From a virus (Duplodnaviria > Heunggongvirae > Uroviricota > Caudoviricetes): a stretch of DNA of 64,000 nt. The number at the start of each line of letters is the position of its first letter. The first letter of the stretch is position 1. Below are positions 62,630 through 64,000 of this stretch, one piece after another. Both the position numbers and the translations under genes were made by a program. The stretch is taken from the IMG/VR virus record IMGVR_UViG_3300032038_000047, positions 22,993-86,992 of that record. One strand, 5' to 3'. Below the pieces are notes generated by a model that worked only from the letters and a program-made list of their open reading frames with translations, was not told the origin of the DNA and made no database searches.

Positions 62630-63135
62630 AACGGCGCTATTGATATTTGCATATGCTTCGGATGTCACTCGCATTTAGACGTTAAAACGGCGCAAACCGG
62701 TCCAAATGGGCTATTGATATTCTCCCGAAGGATTCCTGGCCTGTTTGGACCTATTTGGGCCTGTTTACGGTATGTGTGTATGCGTCCATTGATGTTCTTG
62801 CGAAGGCCCTTTAGAGAAGAGGCTGTAGTACGGCTGTATATGGGGTGCCTTTTTATTGATATTTGAACGCTGTCGCTTGATCTGATCCTACAAAACCGCA
62901 ACGGAGCTCTATGTTGTTTGAAATCAATATAACGGGCCTGGCTATTGATATTTGAGTCCCCATAAGAGACGATTCTGCCGTCTATCAGAAGCGTTTTCCG
63001 TACTCTAAACTGGAATTCTGCGCGCACGGCTATTGATATTTAGAGGGGGTACCCTTGGCTGTCAGCAGCACAGATAAAAGCGTTTGCGCTTATGCTTGCT
63101 GTGTTAGCTGCCACCCCATGTATTGATATTTGAAT
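62630..63135 (+). repeat. Iteron array of 6-7 spaced copies of (GG)CTATTGATATTT
   Basis: Copies at about 62636, 62712, 62786 (degenerate CCATTGATGTTC), 62858, 62944, 63032 and 63120. The spacing is roughly 75-90 bp. The region is non-coding. Confidence 0.6.
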
Positions 63136-63658
63136 TGTTTTTTATGCGTTCCTTTTATCGAATACACGGCTGCCTGCTTAAAATAACAGGTCCATTTGGC
63201 AGCTTGCTCGCTCCTAAGACGCCTCTCCTTTTGCTTTATTGCAATAATGCGCATGCTGTTTGAAGCAGAGCAGCTTTTGCGTCCATCCTACTGCATTTAA
63301 AACAAGGCCATCAGCATTGGCCAGTGACCCATGCTATAACATGGAACGTACAGTCATAGTCAAAAGGCATAGTTCTTAACTATGTTTGCAGCCTTGCACC
63401 CAATCAACCACATCACAACAAGAGATTCATACATGCACACTTGCATACTGTTTAACTCTTGAAAAGGTTGTGCTCTTTGATTCATACAATCTTGTAAGCG
63501 TTCACAGTTTGTTGAATGCAGCAAGACAAGCACGCTGATACCCTGACAATGTGACGCAAACAGAAAGCGACGCACCACAATGTTGTCACTCTTTGCATGT
63601 CCTATTATAGTATAGGTTCTTATCATACGTTCGCTGCTACAATTAAGGAGGTCTTATC

Positions 63659-63901
63659 ATGCGCGAAGTGGCGCTTACAACTACAGACAATCCTTACAAC
63701 CCTTTTACACAGTTCGATGCATGGGATTCTTGGGATCGACTCATGGGTTATGAAACATGCGCTTTACTTGGCCGCATTGCCAAGACCTCACCCGAACTCA
63801 GTCCTGCTGATCAAGCAATTGAAGTTGAACATGCGATTGATGCGATCGTTGACCTGAACCCTTTAGGTGTGTACAAGAAGGTTGTAAGAGATGACGAGTA
63901 A
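63659..63901 (+). CDS. Small hypothetical protein
   Basis: 80 aa with a strong RBS (TTAAGGAGGTCTTATC-ATG). Confidence 0.45.
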   Translation: MREVALTTTDNPYNPFTQFDAWDSWDRLMGYETCALLGRIAKTSPELSPADQAIEVEHAIDAIVDLNPLGVYKKVVRDDE

Positions 63902-64000
63902 TAATAGCTTGTTAAACATGGTTATTTCATTTCTTATTTCCAAATAAAAAATAGAAACATGGGGGAGGGGGCCTTAAAAAAGCATACCCCCCTCCCACAT

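Noticed and set aside
62630-63135. Possible CRISPR array (regularly spaced repeats).
   Set aside because: The repeat unit is only 13-14 bp, the spacing is irregular (75-145 bp), and the copies are imperfect. CRISPR repeats are 24-48 bp and near-identical, with spacers of uniform length. This looks like an iteron or protein-binding array.

Overview
This window looks like a near-complete genome of a temperate siphovirus-type phage from a Firmicutes/Clostridia-like host, about 50% GC. Almost all genes are on the + strand. It is either an unintegrated phage genome or a circularly permuted assembly of a prophage. In window order: a tail module (tape measure protein truncated at the 5' window edge, then Dit-like, Tal-like, small tail proteins and a BspA-type leucine-rich-repeat receptor-binding candidate). 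Then an LplA/BPL-like protein, a CHAP+GH25+cell-wall-binding endolysin, accessory genes and an LL-H-family holin. A 3.3-kb att-like accessory zone follows, containing a 54-aa NrdD C-terminal glycyl-radical fragment ORF, small minus-strand genes, a tRNA-like small RNA and arm-type repeats. Next is a tyrosine integrase on the minus strand, then a lysogeny/early region with several HTH regulators, an HD hydrolase and an unusual XRE-HTH + sigma-70 region 4 + RNAP alpha-CTD fusion protein. After that comes a long run of small 'moron-like' genes, each in its own promoter/terminator cassette, then a DEDDh exonuclease, an SPFH/band-7 protein, a P-loop kinase-like protein and a DUF3310 protein. Upstream of a 1,388-aa primase/SF3-helicase + family-B polymerase fusion lies an iteron-rich origin-like region. 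The window ends with a DEAD-like helicase, a VRR-NUC nuclease, a 909-aa multi-HTH protein and a 0.5-kb iteron array. The most striking non-coding signals are: (i) at least 18 copies of a phage-specific promoter-like element, TCCGCAAnnATTACAAnnnnCTATAATGG, which lacks a -35 and probably works with the sigma-R4/alpha-CTD protein; (ii) strong + strand-biased enrichment of GATATT(T/C), with TGATATTT-type junctions at many gene boundaries, that peaks in the terminal iteron array; (iii) several promoter-to-terminator small structured RNAs, two with partial tRNA-like folds. Head and packaging genes are not in the window.
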